Shown here piece after piece: positions 1-11,242 of a stretch of 50,356 nt of DNA. A program made the position numbers and the translations under genes. The notes beneath the pieces were generated by a model. It saw only the letters and a program-made list of their open reading frames with translations, made no database searches and had not been told where the DNA came from. Source of the stretch: Candidatus Omnitrophota bacterium. GTDB lineage: Bacteria; Omnitrophota; Gorgyraeia; Gygaellales; Profunditerraquicolaceae. Numbering within the stretch: the stretch's first letter is position 1; each line of letters opens with the position of its first letter. The DNA lies in assembly GCA_020058085.1 (NCBI GenBank), contig JAGVER010000014.1, forward strand, positions 99,747 through 150,102, read 5' to 3'.

Positions 1-1
1 A

Positions 2-3000
2 GAAGGGTATTTTACTATACTTATTAACTCTAATCCGGCAACTATTATGACCGATCCCGGATTAGCGGATATTACCTATATTGAGCCCCTTACCGTTGAG
101 ATTGTAACCAAAATTATTGCTAAGGAGCGACCGGATGCGATACTGCCGACTCTCGGCGGACAGACAGGTTTAAATCTCGCTTTCTTTTTAATGAAAGAGG
201 GGATCTTAAAGAAATATGGAGTAGAGTCTATTGGCGCTTCGGTAAGCGCAATATCTTGCGCTGAAGATAGGAAGCTTTTTAAGAAAGCGATGCAGGAGAT
301 AGGTGTTGATCTGCCAAAAAGTGGGATAGCCACTTCTTTGGAAGAAGGGATGAGGATTGGTTTGGCAATAGGTTTCCCGTTAATTTTAAGGCCGGCCTAT
401 ACTTTGGGAGGCAGCGGAGGGTCAATTGCTTACAATCGCGAGGAGCTTGAGAAGTTCTTGGCTAAGGGTTTAGAGGTTAGCCCGGTGCATCAAATTCTGG
501 TTGAACAATCAGTTTTAGGTTGGAAGGAGATTGAGTTTGAAGTTATGCGTGATTGCGTGGATAACGTAATTATGATTACTTCTATGGAGAATGTAGACCC
601 AATGGGTGTGCATACCGGAGATAGTATCGTAGTTGCGCCTGCGCAGACTTTAACCAGAGATGAGTATAATGATTTCGTAAATTTATCCAAGAAGATTATC
701 CGTAGGATCGGCATTACCGGAGGAGGAGCAAATATCCAGTTTGCCCAGAACCCGGATAACGGCCGCATTGTTATTATTGAAGTTAACCCAAGGCTTTCTC
801 GTTCATCTGCCCTAGCTTCAAAGGCAACCGGTTTTCCTATCGCGCGCGTAGCCACAAAATTAGCTGTCGGGTTTACCCTACCCGAGGTAATGAACCAGAT
901 TACGGGTAAGACCGCATCATTTTTTGAACCTACAGTTGATTATTGTGTATTTAAAATTTGCCGTTTTACTTTTGAAAAATTCCCTCGCGCAGAACGCACC
1001 CTTAATACATCAATGAAAGCAGTGGGGGAAGCAATGTCTATCGGCAGAAACTTTAAGGAGGCTTTTCAGAAAGGCATTCGTTCTATAGAGATATCGCGTT
1101 TTGGCTTTGGCGCAGATGGTAAAGATAAGATTACCGACGAGCAGTTAAAGAAAGCCGATAATACTCTGATTAAGTTAATCCGCGATAAGATTCGTGTACC
1201 TAATGATGAGAGGATTTTCTATATCCGTTATGCGCTTAAGCTAGGTTTATCCGTGGATGAAATTTATGCATTATCGCATATTGACCGTTGGTTTATTGAT
1301 AACATGAAGGAGCTAGTTGAAGTCGAGGGGAAAATAATAAAATACAGAAATAACAAGCCGGAAGAAGAGATAAGATTGCCCCTTGAATTATTAAAGACTG
1401 CTAAGGAGAATGGTTTTTCTGACCGGCAGCTTGCATTCATCTTAAATTCCAAGGAGGATAAAGTGCGGGAATCGCGCAAGAAGCAAAACATAAAAGTAGC
1501 CTATAAGTTAGTTGATACATGTGCCGGGGAGGTCGCGGCTAAGCAGCCTTACTATTACTCTACTTATGAGACAACCGATGAATCTAGGTCAAGCAAGAAT
1601 AAAAAAGTAGTGATTTTAGGTGGCGGCCCTAACCGAATTGGACAAGGCATTGAGTTTGACTATTGTTGTTGTCATGCAGCCTATGCTTTAAAAGACGAGG
1701 GCGTTGATAGTATTATGGTTAATTGTAACCCCGAGACTGTTTCCACAGATTATGATACCTCGGACAGGCTATATTTCGAGCCGCTTACCTTCGAAGATAT
1801 CATGAATATCATTGAACTTGAAAAACCCATGGGCGTAATTGTGCAGTTTGGAGGGCAAACACCATTAAACTTAGCTGTATCATTGCGTAAAGCAGGGGTG
1901 AATCTTTTAGGGACATCAGCAGATAGTATTGATATTGCCGAAGACCGCAAGCGTTTTAAGCAGATGCTTCATAAATTAAACCTTTTGCAGCCAGAGAATG
2001 GTACTGTTTTTAATTTTGAAGAAGCAAAAGAAGTGGCTAAGAAGATAGGCTATCCTGTATTAGTCAGGCCTTCGTATGTTTTAGGCGGGCGGGCCATGGA
2101 GATAGCTTATGATGAAAACACTCTCGAACAATTTATTAAAGAGGCAGCCGAAGTCTCCGGTGAGCATCCGGTATTAATTGATAAGTTCTTAGAGGATGCT
2201 ATCGAGGTTGATGTAGATTTAATCGGCGATGGCGAAACATTCGTTATTGGCGGAATATTAGAGCATATTGAATATGCCGGGGTTCATTCAGGGGATGCGG
2301 CTATGTCTCTTCCTACATATACTTTATCAGAGGATATTCTGCATAAGATACGCCTTGCGACACAAGAAATGGCCAAAGAATTAAACGTAGTGGGTTTAAT
2401 GAATGTGCAGTATGCGGTCAAAGACGATAAGGTTTATATCCTAGAGGTAAATCCGCGGGCGTCCAGAACCGTGCCTTTTGTCTCAAAAGCGATAGGCGTA
2501 CCGTTAGCCAAGTTAGCTACTAAAGTTATGTTGGGTAAAAAACTAAAGGATTTAGGTTTTACTAAAGAGATTATACCTAAGTATTTTGCAATTAAAGAAT
2601 CGGTATTTCCTTTTAATCGCTTTCCCGGAGTGGATGTTATTTTAGGGCCGGAGATGAAGTCTACCGGAGAAGTTATGGGCATAGATAAAGATTTTGGTTT
2701 GGCTTATATTAAGAGCCAGCTCGCAGCCGGGCAGAAACTGCCTAAGAAGGGCAATGTCTTTATTTCAGTACGTGACAGAGATAAGCGGCAGATGCTCTTT
2801 ATCGCTAAGAAGCTGGAAGATTTAGGATTTAATATCTATGCTACTATTGGCACAGCTGAAGCTCTGGAGAAAAACAATATTAAGGTTACTGTATTACCTA
2901 AAATTTCCGAGGGAAGGCCGAATATCCTGGATTTAATGAAGGACGGGAAGATACAGTTGGTGATTAATACCCCTTCGGGCAGAATCCCGCGGCAGGATGA

Positions 3001-3157
3001 AGTGAGAATCCGTTCGCAGGTAATATTGTATAATATACCTTATACTACAAGTATATCTGCGGCTTCGGCTACAGTAAGCGGCATTGAGGTATTATTAAAG
3101 AAAGGTTTGGATATTAAGTCTTTGCAGTCTTATCATAAAGGTATAAAAAAATTGTAA
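2..3157 (+). CDS. carB: carbamoyl-phosphate synthase large subunit, 5' end cut by the window edge
   Basis: The frame is open back to nt 2 ([29 protein letters not shown]...), which matches the region about 60 aa into bacterial CarB. Two ATP-grasp halves and a C-terminal MGS-like domain are present. The internal ATG at 47 is not the true start. Confidence 0.95.
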   Translation, partial: EGYFTILINSNPATIMTDPGLADITYIEPLTVEIVTKIIAKERPDAILPTLGGQTGLNLAFFLMKEGILKKYGVESIGASVSAISCAEDRKLFKKAMQEIGVDLPKSGIATSLEEGMRIGLAIGFPLILRPAYTLGGSGGSIAYNREELEKFLAKGLEVSPVHQILVEQSVLGWKEIEFEVMRDCVDNVIMITSMENVDPMGVHTGDSIVVAPAQTLTRDEYNDFVNLSKKIIRRIGITGGGANIQFAQNPDNGRIVIIEVNPRLSRSSALASKATGFPIARVATKLAVGFTLPEVMNQITGKTASFFEPTVDYCVFKICRFTFEKFPRAERTLNTSMKAVGEAMSIGRNFKEAFQKGIRSIEISRFGFGADGKDKITDEQLKKADNTLIKLIRDKIRVPNDERIFYIRYALKLGLSVDEIYALSHIDRWFIDNMKELVEVEGKIIKYRNNKPEEEIRLPLELLKTAKENGFSDRQLAFILNSKEDKVRESRKKQNIKVAYKLVDTCAGEVAAKQPYYYSTYETTDESRSSKNKKVVILGGGPNRIGQGIEFDYCCCHAAYALKDEGVDSIMVNCNPETVSTDYDTSDRLYFEPLTFEDIMNIIELEKPMGVIVQFGGQTPLNLAVSLRKAGVNLLGTSADSIDIAEDRKRFKQMLHKLNLLQPENGTVFNFEEAKEVAKKIGYPVLVRPSYVLGGRAMEIAYDENTLEQFIKEAAEVSGEHPVLIDKFLEDAIEVDVDLIGDGETFVIGGILEHIEYAGVHSGDAAMSLPTYTLSEDILHKIRLATQEMAKELNVVGLMNVQYAVKDDKVYILEVNPRASRTVPFVSKAIGVPLAKLATKVMLGKKLKDLGFTKEIIPKYFAIKESVFPFNRFPGVDVILGPEMKSTGEVMGIDKDFGLAYIKSQLAAGQKLPKKGNVFISVRDRDKRQMLFIAKKLEDLGFNIYATIGTAEALEKNNIKVTVLPKISEGRPNILDLMKDGKIQLVINTPSGRIPRQDEVRIRSQVILYNIPYTTSISAASATVSGIEVLLKKGLDIKSLQSYHKGIKKL

Positions 3158-3167
3158 AGGAGCGATA

Positions 3168-3968
3168 ATGCCGGAGCTGCCGGAAGTTGAGACTATAAAA
3201 CGGGATTTAGAAAAAGTTATTATAGGGAAAAAGATTACCGAAGTTTGTGTGCACAACTCTAGAGTAATCCGGGAGCCTTCTTTACAAAAATTTAAACAAG
3301 GATTAAGCGGAGTGAGGGTTAACAAGGTTTTGCGCTGCGCAAAGGTCCTGATATTAGAATTATCAAATGCCAAGTCTTTGGTTATCCATTTGAGGATGAC
3401 TGGCCAACTTGTTTACCCGGGTGATGGCAAGAGCGCGAGAGTAACTTTCTATTTATCTGACGGCAAGAGGCTGGATTTTAATGATCAGAGGTTATTTGGT
3501 GAGCTTAGGCTTTTAGATGACTGGAGGAAGCTAAAATTTATCCAGGATTTGGGTCCCGAGCCAAAAGACCTAACCTCAAAGAGGTTTAAAGAGATGCTGG
3601 CTATGAAAAAAACTAAAATTAAACCATTGCTTATGGATCAGAAATTTATTTCTGGTATTGGTAATCTTTATGCTGCAGAAATTCTATTTCGTGCTAAAAT
3701 TAATCCTGAACGTAAAGCAAGCGAACTTTTAAACAGGGAAAAAGAACTTTTGTTTAGCTCTATACAGGATATTTTAGCCGAGGCCATACGCTATGGTGGT
3801 TCTTCCGTGGATGATTATGTAAGATTATCTGGGGGGAAAGGGAAATATATAAAGTATCACAGAGTTTACGGCCGGGAAGGTAAGCCCTGTTTTATCTGTA
3901 AAACTTTAATAAGAAGGAATGTTTTGGGAGGAAGAGGCACTTATTTCTGTCCTAAGTGCCAAAAGTAG
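3168..3968 (+). CDS. mutM: formamidopyrimidine-DNA glycosylase
   Basis: N-terminal MPELPEVE catalytic motif. C-terminal zinc finger CFIC-x16-CPKC. 266 aa. Confidence 0.9.
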   Translation: MPELPEVETIKRDLEKVIIGKKITEVCVHNSRVIREPSLQKFKQGLSGVRVNKVLRCAKVLILELSNAKSLVIHLRMTGQLVYPGDGKSARVTFYLSDGKRLDFNDQRLFGELRLLDDWRKLKFIQDLGPEPKDLTSKRFKEMLAMKKTKIKPLLMDQKFISGIGNLYAAEILFRAKINPERKASELLNREKELLFSSIQDILAEAIRYGGSSVDDYVRLSGGKGKYIKYHRVYGREGKPCFICKTLIRRNVLGGRGTYFCPKCQK

Positions 3969-3970
3969 AT

Positions 3971-4675
3971 ATGAAAAAACGACTTAAAATAAATGGCCTG
4001 GTTATGTTGTTAGCTACTCTTCTATTGGCGGCATTTCCCGCGGTATTTTTGCGTAAAAATATAACTGGTTCTTCAGATAATGCCGCGGAGATCTTTGGGG
4101 TTGCTTCGATTCTTTTAGGGCAGTTAGTGCGGGTATCCGCACGGGGCTTCAAATCCGAACATTCTCAGAATGGCAATGTTTTGATCGAAGGTGGCCCCTA
4201 TTCCTTAGTGCGCAATCCTATGTACTTGGGTATATTTTTAATCGGGCTGGGAGTTGTGCTCATGCTTTTTAAATGGTGGGTAGTAGCTATTTTTATAGTA
4301 TTTTTTATCATTCGCTACATATTATTAATATACCAAGAGGAGAAAAAACTAAAGTCTCTATTTCCTGAAAAATATCCTGCTTATTGCAGGAATGTCCCTC
4401 ATCGTATACGCCCTTCAATAAAGGCGCTTTTAGAAAAAGACATCTGTGAATATCTTCCTTTGAAATTAAGTTGGATAAAGAAAGAGATCGGCTCTATTAT
4501 CGCGGTTTTATTCTTGGTCCTTTTGGTAGAATCTTGGGAGGATATCAAGCGCGGCGGGATACAGGAATATTTTAGAGAATTAGCGGGGATCTCAGCGGTT
4601 ATCCTGTTATTTGTATTCTTGGTTGGTTATTTAAATTGGTGTACGGTTAATCAGAATGGTTCAAATAAAAAATAA
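3971..4675 (+). CDS. ICMT/phospholipid-methyltransferase-family membrane protein
   Basis: Polytopic membrane protein with the RNPMYLG motif typical of isoprenylcysteine carboxyl / phospholipid methyltransferase-like proteins. The start is ambiguous (ATG 3956 or 3971). Confidence 0.6.
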   Translation: MKKRLKINGLVMLLATLLLAAFPAVFLRKNITGSSDNAAEIFGVASILLGQLVRVSARGFKSEHSQNGNVLIEGGPYSLVRNPMYLGIFLIGLGVVLMLFKWWVVAIFIVFFIIRYILLIYQEEKKLKSLFPEKYPAYCRNVPHRIRPSIKALLEKDICEYLPLKLSWIKKEIGSIIAVLFLVLLVESWEDIKRGGIQEYFRELAGISAVILLFVFLVGYLNWCTVNQNGSNKK

Positions 4676-5432
4676 AATAATTTATAATGAGAAGTTTAAG
4701 GGGAATTATTGGCACTGTATTTTTGAAGCCCCTCTAATTGCTAAAATAGCCAAACCCGGGCAATTTGTAAATATAAAATTATCCGATGGCCTTAAGCCAT
4801 TTTTAAGAAGGCCCTTTAGCATACACAATATTTCCGGGAGTAAATTAGAAATTTTATATGAAGTTTTAGGAGAGGGGACAAAAATTCTCGCGGGTAGGAA
4901 AAAAGGCGAGTATTTGGATATTATTGGCCCATTAGGAAATGGGTTTGATTATCGGCGAGTTGATAAGCCTTCTGGCCAAAAAACTATTTTAGTTGCAGGG
5001 GGCATTGGCGTTGCGCCGCTACTTTTTTTATCTGAAAAAATTAAAGCAAAAGATAAAATTGTTCTAATCGGCGCGAAGACTAAAAAACAGGTTCTTTGTG
5101 AAAAAGAGTTTAAGAATTCGGGTTGCGATGTTAAAATAGCGACAGATGATGGATCAGTTGGTTTTAAGGGCAGAGTTACTGATTTGCTAAAGTCTATACT
5201 GCCTGCACTTGATCATAGGCTATCGATTCTCTACGCCTGCGGCCCGAACCCAATGCTTAAGGCATTATCTGATATTACCCAAAAGAATAATCTTCCGGCG
5301 CAGGTATCCATGGAGGAGCATATGAGTTGTGGAATTGGCGCTTGTTTAGGTTGTGTGGTTAAAACGAAAAATGGTTTAGAGAGAGTTTGTAAAGAAGGCC
5401 CAGTATTTAATGCAAAACATTTAATTTGGTGA
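4656..5432 (+). CDS. pyrK: dihydroorotate dehydrogenase (class 1B) electron-transfer subunit
   Basis: Ferredoxin-reductase-like fold (RRPFSI) with a C-terminal 2Fe-2S cysteine cluster (MSCGIGACLGC...VCKEGPVF). It lies directly upstream of pyrD. Confidence 0.9.
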   Translation: MVQIKNKIIYNEKFKGNYWHCIFEAPLIAKIAKPGQFVNIKLSDGLKPFLRRPFSIHNISGSKLEILYEVLGEGTKILAGRKKGEYLDIIGPLGNGFDYRRVDKPSGQKTILVAGGIGVAPLLFLSEKIKAKDKIVLIGAKTKKQVLCEKEFKNSGCDVKIATDDGSVGFKGRVTDLLKSILPALDHRLSILYACGPNPMLKALSDITQKNNLPAQVSMEEHMSCGIGACLGCVVKTKNGLERVCKEGPVFNAKHLIW

Positions 5433-5436
5433 AATA

Positions 5437-6354
5437 ATGAGTATTAATCTTTCGGTTAAAATAGGTAAGCTGAAGTTGAAGAATCCGGTAATGGTCGCTT
5501 CCGGAACATTTGGTTATGCTGAAGAGTTCAAAGATTTTATTAACTTAAAAGAACTCGGGGCAATTGTTACTAAAACCATAACCTTAAATCCGCGCCAAGG
5601 AAATTTACCGCCGCGCACCTGTGAAACTCCCGCAGGGATGCTTAACTCTATCGGCCTTGAGAATCCTGGGTTGGAATTATTTTTAAAAGATAAACTGCCA
5701 TTTCTTAAAAAGTTAGGTATACCGGTAATTATAAGTATTGCCTTGGAAGATGATCCTAGAGAATTTGTTGAGCTCGCCAAAAGAATCAATAAGATAAATG
5801 CGCTATCTGCATTAGAGTTGAATATATCCTGCCCTAATGTCGCCGGGCAGAAGACTTTAATATCTCAAGACCCTAAGGCTACTTACCAGACCGTCAGCTC
5901 TGTACGTAAGATTACTTCTAAAACCCTGATTACCAAATTATCTCCTAATATTACTTGTATTAGTGAAATTGCTCAAGCAGCAGAGGCTGCAGGAAGCGAT
6001 GCAGTATCTCTTATCAATACATTATCAGGAATGAGTATAGATCTTGCAAGAAGAAAGCCTAAGCTTGCCGCAATAACTGGTGGTTTAAGCGGTCCGGCGA
6101 TCAGGCCAGTAGCTTTAAAGATGGTCTGGGAGGCATATAATAAAATCAAGATTCCTATTATAGGAATGGGTGGTATAATAGATACTTTGAGTGCTCTGGA
6201 ATTCTTTATTGCCGGAGCAACCGCAGTAAGTGTAGGCACAGTAAATTTCATTAACCCTAAGGCGGGTGTTGAGATAATATCTGGATTAAAAGAGTATTTA
6301 GAGCGTAATAAAATTAACAGGATAGGGAAACTTACTGGGAATTTAAAGATATGA
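5437..6354 (+). CDS. pyrD: dihydroorotate dehydrogenase catalytic subunit (class 1B)
   Basis: Contains LKNPVMVASGTFG, ELNISCPN (class 1 catalytic Cys) and GGLSGPAIRP motifs. It follows pyrK. Confidence 0.92.
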   Translation: MSINLSVKIGKLKLKNPVMVASGTFGYAEEFKDFINLKELGAIVTKTITLNPRQGNLPPRTCETPAGMLNSIGLENPGLELFLKDKLPFLKKLGIPVIISIALEDDPREFVELAKRINKINALSALELNISCPNVAGQKTLISQDPKATYQTVSSVRKITSKTLITKLSPNITCISEIAQAAEAAGSDAVSLINTLSGMSIDLARRKPKLAAITGGLSGPAIRPVALKMVWEAYNKIKIPIIGMGGIIDTLSALEFFIAGATAVSVGTVNFINPKAGVEIISGLKEYLERNKINRIGKLTGNLKI

Positions 6355-7034
6355 GACCGGAAATTATTCTTGCTTTAGATGTAGACAGCTTAAAAAAAGC
6401 TAAGTATTTTATAAATAAGCTTTATCCTATTATTAAAAATTTTAAGGTTGGTTCCCAGCTTTTTACGGCTTGCGGGCCAAAAGTAATTGAAGTTATCAAT
6501 AAAAAAGGGGCAAACGTATTTCTGGATTTAAAGTTTTTCGATATTCCTAATACTGTTGCCTATGCCATACGCAATGCCACAAGGTGTAAGGTTAAGATGA
6601 TGACTCTACATATTTTAGGCGATGAAGAGATGATAAAAGCTGCAGTTTTCTCTGCCCGGGATGAGGCAAGAAAGTTGAAGATAAAAAAGCCGCTTTTAAT
6701 CGGAGTTACGGTCTTAACCAGTAAAGAAGCTAAATCCAGCGATGTATTAATCTTAGCCAGAATGGGGATAGAGTGCGGTTTAGACGGTGTGGTCTGCTCG
6801 GCGCAGGAAGTCAGGATGCTCAGGGAAGAGATGAAGAAAAAATTTATTATTGTTACCCCGGGGATCAGGTCAAAAGGGGGTTCAACAAACGACCAGAGAC
6901 GGACTGCTACGGTTAGCGAAGCTGTAAAAGCAGGAAGCAACTTTTTAGTTGTAGGCCGGCCGATATTAGAATCAAAAGATCCTAAAGCAACCGCCAGAGA
7001 AATGTCAGGAGAAATAGATGACAGAAGAGATTAA
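6351..7034 (+). CDS. pyrF: orotidine 5'-phosphate decarboxylase
   Basis: Contains ILALDV, FLDLKFFDIPNTV and VVGRPI motifs. It overlaps the pyrD stop by 4 nt. Confidence 0.9.
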   Translation: MRPEIILALDVDSLKKAKYFINKLYPIIKNFKVGSQLFTACGPKVIEVINKKGANVFLDLKFFDIPNTVAYAIRNATRCKVKMMTLHILGDEEMIKAAVFSARDEARKLKIKKPLLIGVTVLTSKEAKSSDVLILARMGIECGLDGVVCSAQEVRMLREEMKKKFIIVTPGIRSKGGSTNDQRRTATVSEAVKAGSNFLVVGRPILESKDPKATAREMSGEIDDRRD

Positions 7035-7611
7035 AGACCTAATTACCAAGATCAAGAATGAAGGAATTAAAGCTGCGCAGGATAAGTCAATTCAAATAGA
7101 GCTTCAGGCTCAAGCTTTGGCGGAAAAGATTATTAGAGACTCTAAGGCAGCAGCGGAAAAGATTATTAGTGACGCTCAGCGTGAAGCAGAGCAATATAGG
7201 TCTTCAACCGAGGCATTGTTAAAACAATCGGGCAGGGATATGCTCTTATCTTTGAAAAAAGAGATTGTTGCTATGCTGGGTATGATTATTAAGAAAAATA
7301 TCCGCACTTTTCTTACGCCGGAAGAGATGCTGAAAATAATTAATTTACTGATTAAAGCAAGCGCGCGAAAAGAAGATATAGTTGTAACCGTAAAAAAAGA
7401 AGATTTGAAGAAGATTCAGGGCGGTTTACTATCAGAACTCAGCGAAGAGATGAAAAAACGTGTTATCCTTAAGCCTTCGGATGAGATCAGCTCTGGATTC
7501 ACTATAAGTTATGACGCTGGAAAGTCACTCTTTGATTTTTCAGAAGAAGCTTTGGCAGCATATATAAGCGCCTATCTTAAACCGGAACTAAATGAGATAT
7601 TAAAAGATTAA
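7018..7611 (+). CDS. atpE: V-type ATP synthase subunit E
   Basis: 197 aa with a charged coiled-coil N-terminus (AQ..A..I...A..EAE). It is the first gene of the V-ATPase block. Confidence 0.75.
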   Translation: MTEEIKDLITKIKNEGIKAAQDKSIQIELQAQALAEKIIRDSKAAAEKIISDAQREAEQYRSSTEALLKQSGRDMLLSLKKEIVAMLGMIIKKNIRTFLTPEEMLKIINLLIKASARKEDIVVTVKKEDLKKIQGGLLSELSEEMKKRVILKPSDEISSGFTISYDAGKSLFDFSEEALAAYISAYLKPELNEILKD

Positions 7612-7612
7612 G

Positions 7613-8143
7613 ATGCCCGCATATTACGCATATTTAATATCTAGTTTGCCAATGCTTACTTTCGGCGCAAAACTTCCTTTTAGTTTTGAGGCCTTTATTC
7701 AAAAGTGCAGGTCTTTAATACCGGATGAAGAGACAGAGGTAATCAGGAGGATTTCTTCGCAAGGCGCTTTTTCACTTGAAGATGAAGGTTCAGAAGTACT
7801 AAAGAAGTGGAAAGATTTCGATATTGCTTTAAGGAATGAATTAGTTAAAGTAAGGGCAGCACGTAAAAAGATCGATCCTTTAAAATATCTGCGCCACGAT
7901 GAATATTTTGAGCCGCAGATTGTACATATTGCATCCCTTTCTTTACGCAATCCTTCAATATTTGATGCTGAGAAAGCGCTTGATTTAGAGAGGTGGCGTT
8001 TGCTCGATGAGCTTTCTTACGGACGCTATTTTGATTTTGATACATTAATAATTTACGCGTTAAAGCTTTTAATCTTAGAGCGCTGGGCGAAAATAGGCAT
8101 CGCGGATAAAGAGCGGATTATGCAAGAAACAATAGGGCATTAA
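7613..8143 (+). CDS. V-ATPase operon-associated protein (DUF2764-like, possible C/d-subunit analogue)
   Basis: 176-aa ORF in the slot between subunits E and A. From memory, Bacteroidota and Chlamydiae operons carry a DUF2764-type protein there. No motif could be verified. Confidence 0.45.
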   Translation: MPAYYAYLISSLPMLTFGAKLPFSFEAFIQKCRSLIPDEETEVIRRISSQGAFSLEDEGSEVLKKWKDFDIALRNELVKVRAARKKIDPLKYLRHDEYFEPQIVHIASLSLRNPSIFDAEKALDLERWRLLDELSYGRYFDFDTLIIYALKLLILERWAKIGIADKERIMQETIGH

Positions 8144-8154
8144 AGAGGAGTTGA

Positions 8155-9903
8155 ATGCAAGATAAAAGAAAAGGCGAGATAATTAAGATTAACGGGAATA
8201 TGGTTGTTGCTAGGACCAGTTCATTCGTTATTCAAAACGAAGTAGCTTATATTATTCATGGGCAAGAGCGGCTTAAGGCAGAGGTTATCCGCGTGCGTAT
8301 GAATAATGCCGAGATGCAGGTATTTGAGAATACAGCTGGGCTTAAAGTCGGAGATGGAGTTGAGTTTACCGACGAATTGCTCTCTGTTGAGCTTGGTCCG
8401 GGGCTCTTAGGTCAGATATTTGATGGTTTGGAAAACCCACTTCCTTTGCTTGCCAAGGAGTGTGGTTTCTTTCTCAAAAGAGGAATCTATATTGATGCTT
8501 TGCGTAATGAAGATGAATGGGATTTCAGCCCTCTGGCTAAACCCGGGGAGATCGTTTTAGCCGGAGCAAAATTGGGTTTTGTTCCGGAGAAGGCTTTCAA
8601 GCATTATATAATGGTTCCTTTTAATTTAAAAGGTAGCCTTGAAGTTATAAGCGTTGTTTCCACAGGCAAGTATAATTTTAAGCAGCCGATTGCCCAACTC
8701 AAAGACTCTTTGGGCAAGATAGATGAAGTTTTCTTAAAGCAGCGCTGGCCGGTAAAGATCCCTATTCAGGCGTATACCGAAAAATTGAAGCCTACCGAGC
8801 CGTTGGTTACAAAAATGCGCCTGCTGGATTCTCTTTTCCCGGTTGCCCGCGGAGGAACATATTGCATACCTGGGCCATTCGGCGCAGGTAAAACAGTCCT
8901 GCAGCAGTTAACCAGCCGTCATGCCGAAGTGGATATAGTAATAATTGCCGCCTGCGGAGAACGCGCCGGAGAAGTTGTCGAGACGCTTAAAACATTTCCG
9001 GATATAATCGACCCTAGAACCAATAAGCCTTTAATCGATCGTACGGTAATCATCTGTAATACAAGTTCCATGCCTGTTGCTGCCAGAGAATCCAGCGTTT
9101 ACACTGCGGTAACAATTGCGGAATATTACAGGCAGATGGGCTTAAGTGTTCTTTTGTTAGCGGATTCAACTTCCCGTTGGGCGCAGGCTATGCGTGAGAT
9201 GTCCGGTAGGCTTGAGGAGATTCCGGGAGAAGAGGCATTCCCGTCGTATCTTGAATCTCGAATCGCTTCTTTTTATGAGCGCGCCGGTGTAGTAAAATTG
9301 CGTGACGGTACAACCGGTTCAGTAACTATAGGAGGGGCAGTTAGCCCTGCCGGCGGAAATTTCGAGGAGCCGGTCACTCAGGCGACATTAAAAGTTGTAG
9401 GAGCATTTCATGGCCTTTCCCGCGAGCGTTCTGACAGCCGTCGTTATCCGGCGATTGATCCTTTGCTTAGCTGGAGTAAATATAAGAGTTTTATTGATGA
9501 AAAACAGGAAGAAAAAGGGCATTATATATTGCGCCGTAGCAATGAAGTCTTTCAGATGATGAAGGTTATTGGTGAAGAAGGGACATCTTTAAAGGATTAT
9601 ATAGATTATCTTAAGGGAGAATTTTTTGATTATGTCTATCTGCAGCAAAATGCATTTGATTCTGTTGATGAAGCTACTTCCCAAGAGCGACAGGTCTATG
9701 TTTTTAATTTTATTTACGAGATACTTGAATCGGATTTCAATCTAGCAGATAAAGAAAAAGCTCTGCATTTTTTCCAACAATTGAGACAATTAATGCGCAC
9801 GTGGAATTCTTCTCAATGGAAGACGGATGAGTTTGAAAGATTAGAGGAAGAGATCTCCCTTTTGTTGGAGGAGAAAAGGGAGGAGCCTAAGAAAAATGCA
9901 TAA
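8155..9903 (+). CDS. atpA: V-type ATP synthase catalytic subunit A
   Basis: Walker [10 protein letters not shown], Walker [12 protein letters not shown], and the non-homologous insert typical of V/A-type A subunits. 582 aa. Confidence 0.95.
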   Translation: MQDKRKGEIIKINGNMVVARTSSFVIQNEVAYIIHGQERLKAEVIRVRMNNAEMQVFENTAGLKVGDGVEFTDELLSVELGPGLLGQIFDGLENPLPLLAKECGFFLKRGIYIDALRNEDEWDFSPLAKPGEIVLAGAKLGFVPEKAFKHYIMVPFNLKGSLEVISVVSTGKYNFKQPIAQLKDSLGKIDEVFLKQRWPVKIPIQAYTEKLKPTEPLVTKMRLLDSLFPVARGGTYCIPGPFGAGKTVLQQLTSRHAEVDIVIIAACGERAGEVVETLKTFPDIIDPRTNKPLIDRTVIICNTSSMPVAARESSVYTAVTIAEYYRQMGLSVLLLADSTSRWAQAMREMSGRLEEIPGEEAFPSYLESRIASFYERAGVVKLRDGTTGSVTIGGAVSPAGGNFEEPVTQATLKVVGAFHGLSRERSDSRRYPAIDPLLSWSKYKSFIDEKQEEKGHYILRRSNEVFQMMKVIGEEGTSLKDYIDYLKGEFFDYVYLQQNAFDSVDEATSQERQVYVFNFIYEILESDFNLADKEKALHFFQQLRQLMRTWNSSQWKTDEFERLEEEISLLLEEKREEPKKNA

Positions 9904-11191
9904 GGTATACACGAATATTATTCAGATTGCCGGTGACGTGATTACAGTTGAAGCCGAAGCAATAGGATATATGGAGATTGCCGAAGTTACTGCTCGTCGC
10001 GGAATTTCTTTGGCGCAGGTTATTCGTATTGACGGCAAGAAGGTTTCCTTGCAAGTCTTTGCCGGGAGTCGCGGTATATCTACTGGAGATAGAGTACGTT
10101 TCTTAGGCCATTCGATGCGTGTATCAAGCGGAGATGACCTTTTGGGCCGTATCTTTAATGGCAGTGGGATACCCTTAGATCGCGGCCCGGCTTTATCGAA
10201 TAATCTGATTGATATAGGTGGTCCTGCGGTAAATCCGGTAAAGAGGATTATTCCAAACAAGATGATCCGCACCGGAATCCCGATGATTGATGTTTTTAAC
10301 TCTTTGGTAGAGTCTCAAAAGCTTCCGGTATTTTCTATTGCCGGAGAGCCTTATAATGAACTTTTGGCACGTATTGCCGTACAGGCAGAAGTAGATATTA
10401 TTATTTTAGGTGGTATGGGATTAAAATATGACGACTATTTATTCTTCCGCGATATATTGAAAGAGCAGGGAGCGATATCGCGCTGCGTATTCTTCATTCA
10501 TACCGCAGCTGACCCGGTTGTAGAGTGCTTGCTTGTCCCGGATATATCTTTGGCAGTCGCCGAAAACTTTGCGCTTGCTGGTAAACGTGTACTAGTCTTA
10601 CTTACGGATATGACAAATTTCAGCGATGCTCTTAAAGAGATCTCTATTACTATGGAGCAGGTTCCTTCTAATCGTGGATATCCCGGCGACCTTTATAGCC
10701 AACTTGCTTCAAGATACGAAAAAGCAGTTGATTTCGATAACGCTGGTTCTATTACAATACTATCAGCAACTACTATGCCCGGTGATGACGTTACCCACCC
10801 TGTGCCGGATAATACAGGGTATATTACTGAAGGGCAATTTTATCTCAAAGGGGGAGTTATTGAGCCATTTGGTTCGTTAAGCCGGCTTAAGCAGCAAGTT
10901 AATGGCAAGACCCGGTCTGATCACCGTGCGATTATGGATACAATGATTCAACTCTTCTCTGATTATCGTTCGGTATTAGAAAAGCAATCTATGGGTTTTC
11001 AGATGAGTCTTTGGGATAAGAAACTACTTAAATATGGCAAGCTTTTCGAAGAGAAGATGATGTCGCTTAAAGTGAATATTCCTCTTGAACAGGCATTAGA
11101 TCTGGGCTGGCAGATTATGAGTGATTGTTTTTCTCCGGAAGAGACCGGAATTAAACGTTCAATCATTGAAGAATACTGGCCCAAATCATAA
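9896..11191 (+). CDS. atpB: V-type ATP synthase subunit B
   Basis: 431-aa alpha/beta-family fold without a canonical P-loop. Contains LLTDMTNF and [11 protein letters not shown] motifs. It follows subunit A with an 8-nt overlap. Confidence 0.92.
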   Translation: MHKVYTNIIQIAGDVITVEAEAIGYMEIAEVTARRGISLAQVIRIDGKKVSLQVFAGSRGISTGDRVRFLGHSMRVSSGDDLLGRIFNGSGIPLDRGPALSNNLIDIGGPAVNPVKRIIPNKMIRTGIPMIDVFNSLVESQKLPVFSIAGEPYNELLARIAVQAEVDIIILGGMGLKYDDYLFFRDILKEQGAISRCVFFIHTAADPVVECLLVPDISLAVAENFALAGKRVLVLLTDMTNFSDALKEISITMEQVPSNRGYPGDLYSQLASRYEKAVDFDNAGSITILSATTMPGDDVTHPVPDNTGYITEGQFYLKGGVIEPFGSLSRLKQQVNGKTRSDHRAIMDTMIQLFSDYRSVLEKQSMGFQMSLWDKKLLKYGKLFEEKMMSLKVNIPLEQALDLGWQIMSDCFSPEETGIKRSIIEEYWPKS

Positions 11192-11237
11192 CACCCGGCC
11201 TTAAAGGAGTGGCCGGTGCGCCCTTCTGGGCAGGAAG
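11192..11237 (+). promoter_or_regulatory. conserved two-hairpin intergenic RNA motif, copy 1
   Basis: CACC[C]GGCC - TTAAAGGAGT - GGCCGGTG, then GCCC-TTCT-GGGC, then AGGAAG before ATG 11243. It starts immediately after the atpB stop. Confidence 0.6.
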
Positions 11238-11242
11238 TAAAA

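Noticed and set aside
76-2682. Minus-strand ORFs inside carB (76-333, 490-855, 1264-1491, 1750-1950, 2434-2682).
   Set aside because: They are antisense shadows fully inside a confidently identified long CDS, with no RBS or motifs.
3140-3170. TAAAGGAG after carB (also at 8143 and 29516) as further copies of the intergenic motif.
   Set aside because: These have only a stop codon plus Shine-Dalgarno. There is no CACC...GGTG stem or second hairpin.
11216-11242. GTG 11216 as the start of V-ATPase subunit D, as given in the ORF track.
   Set aside because: It lies inside hairpin 1/2 of the intergenic motif and has no SD. ATG 11243 has AGGAAG upstream and gives a canonical D-subunit N-terminus.
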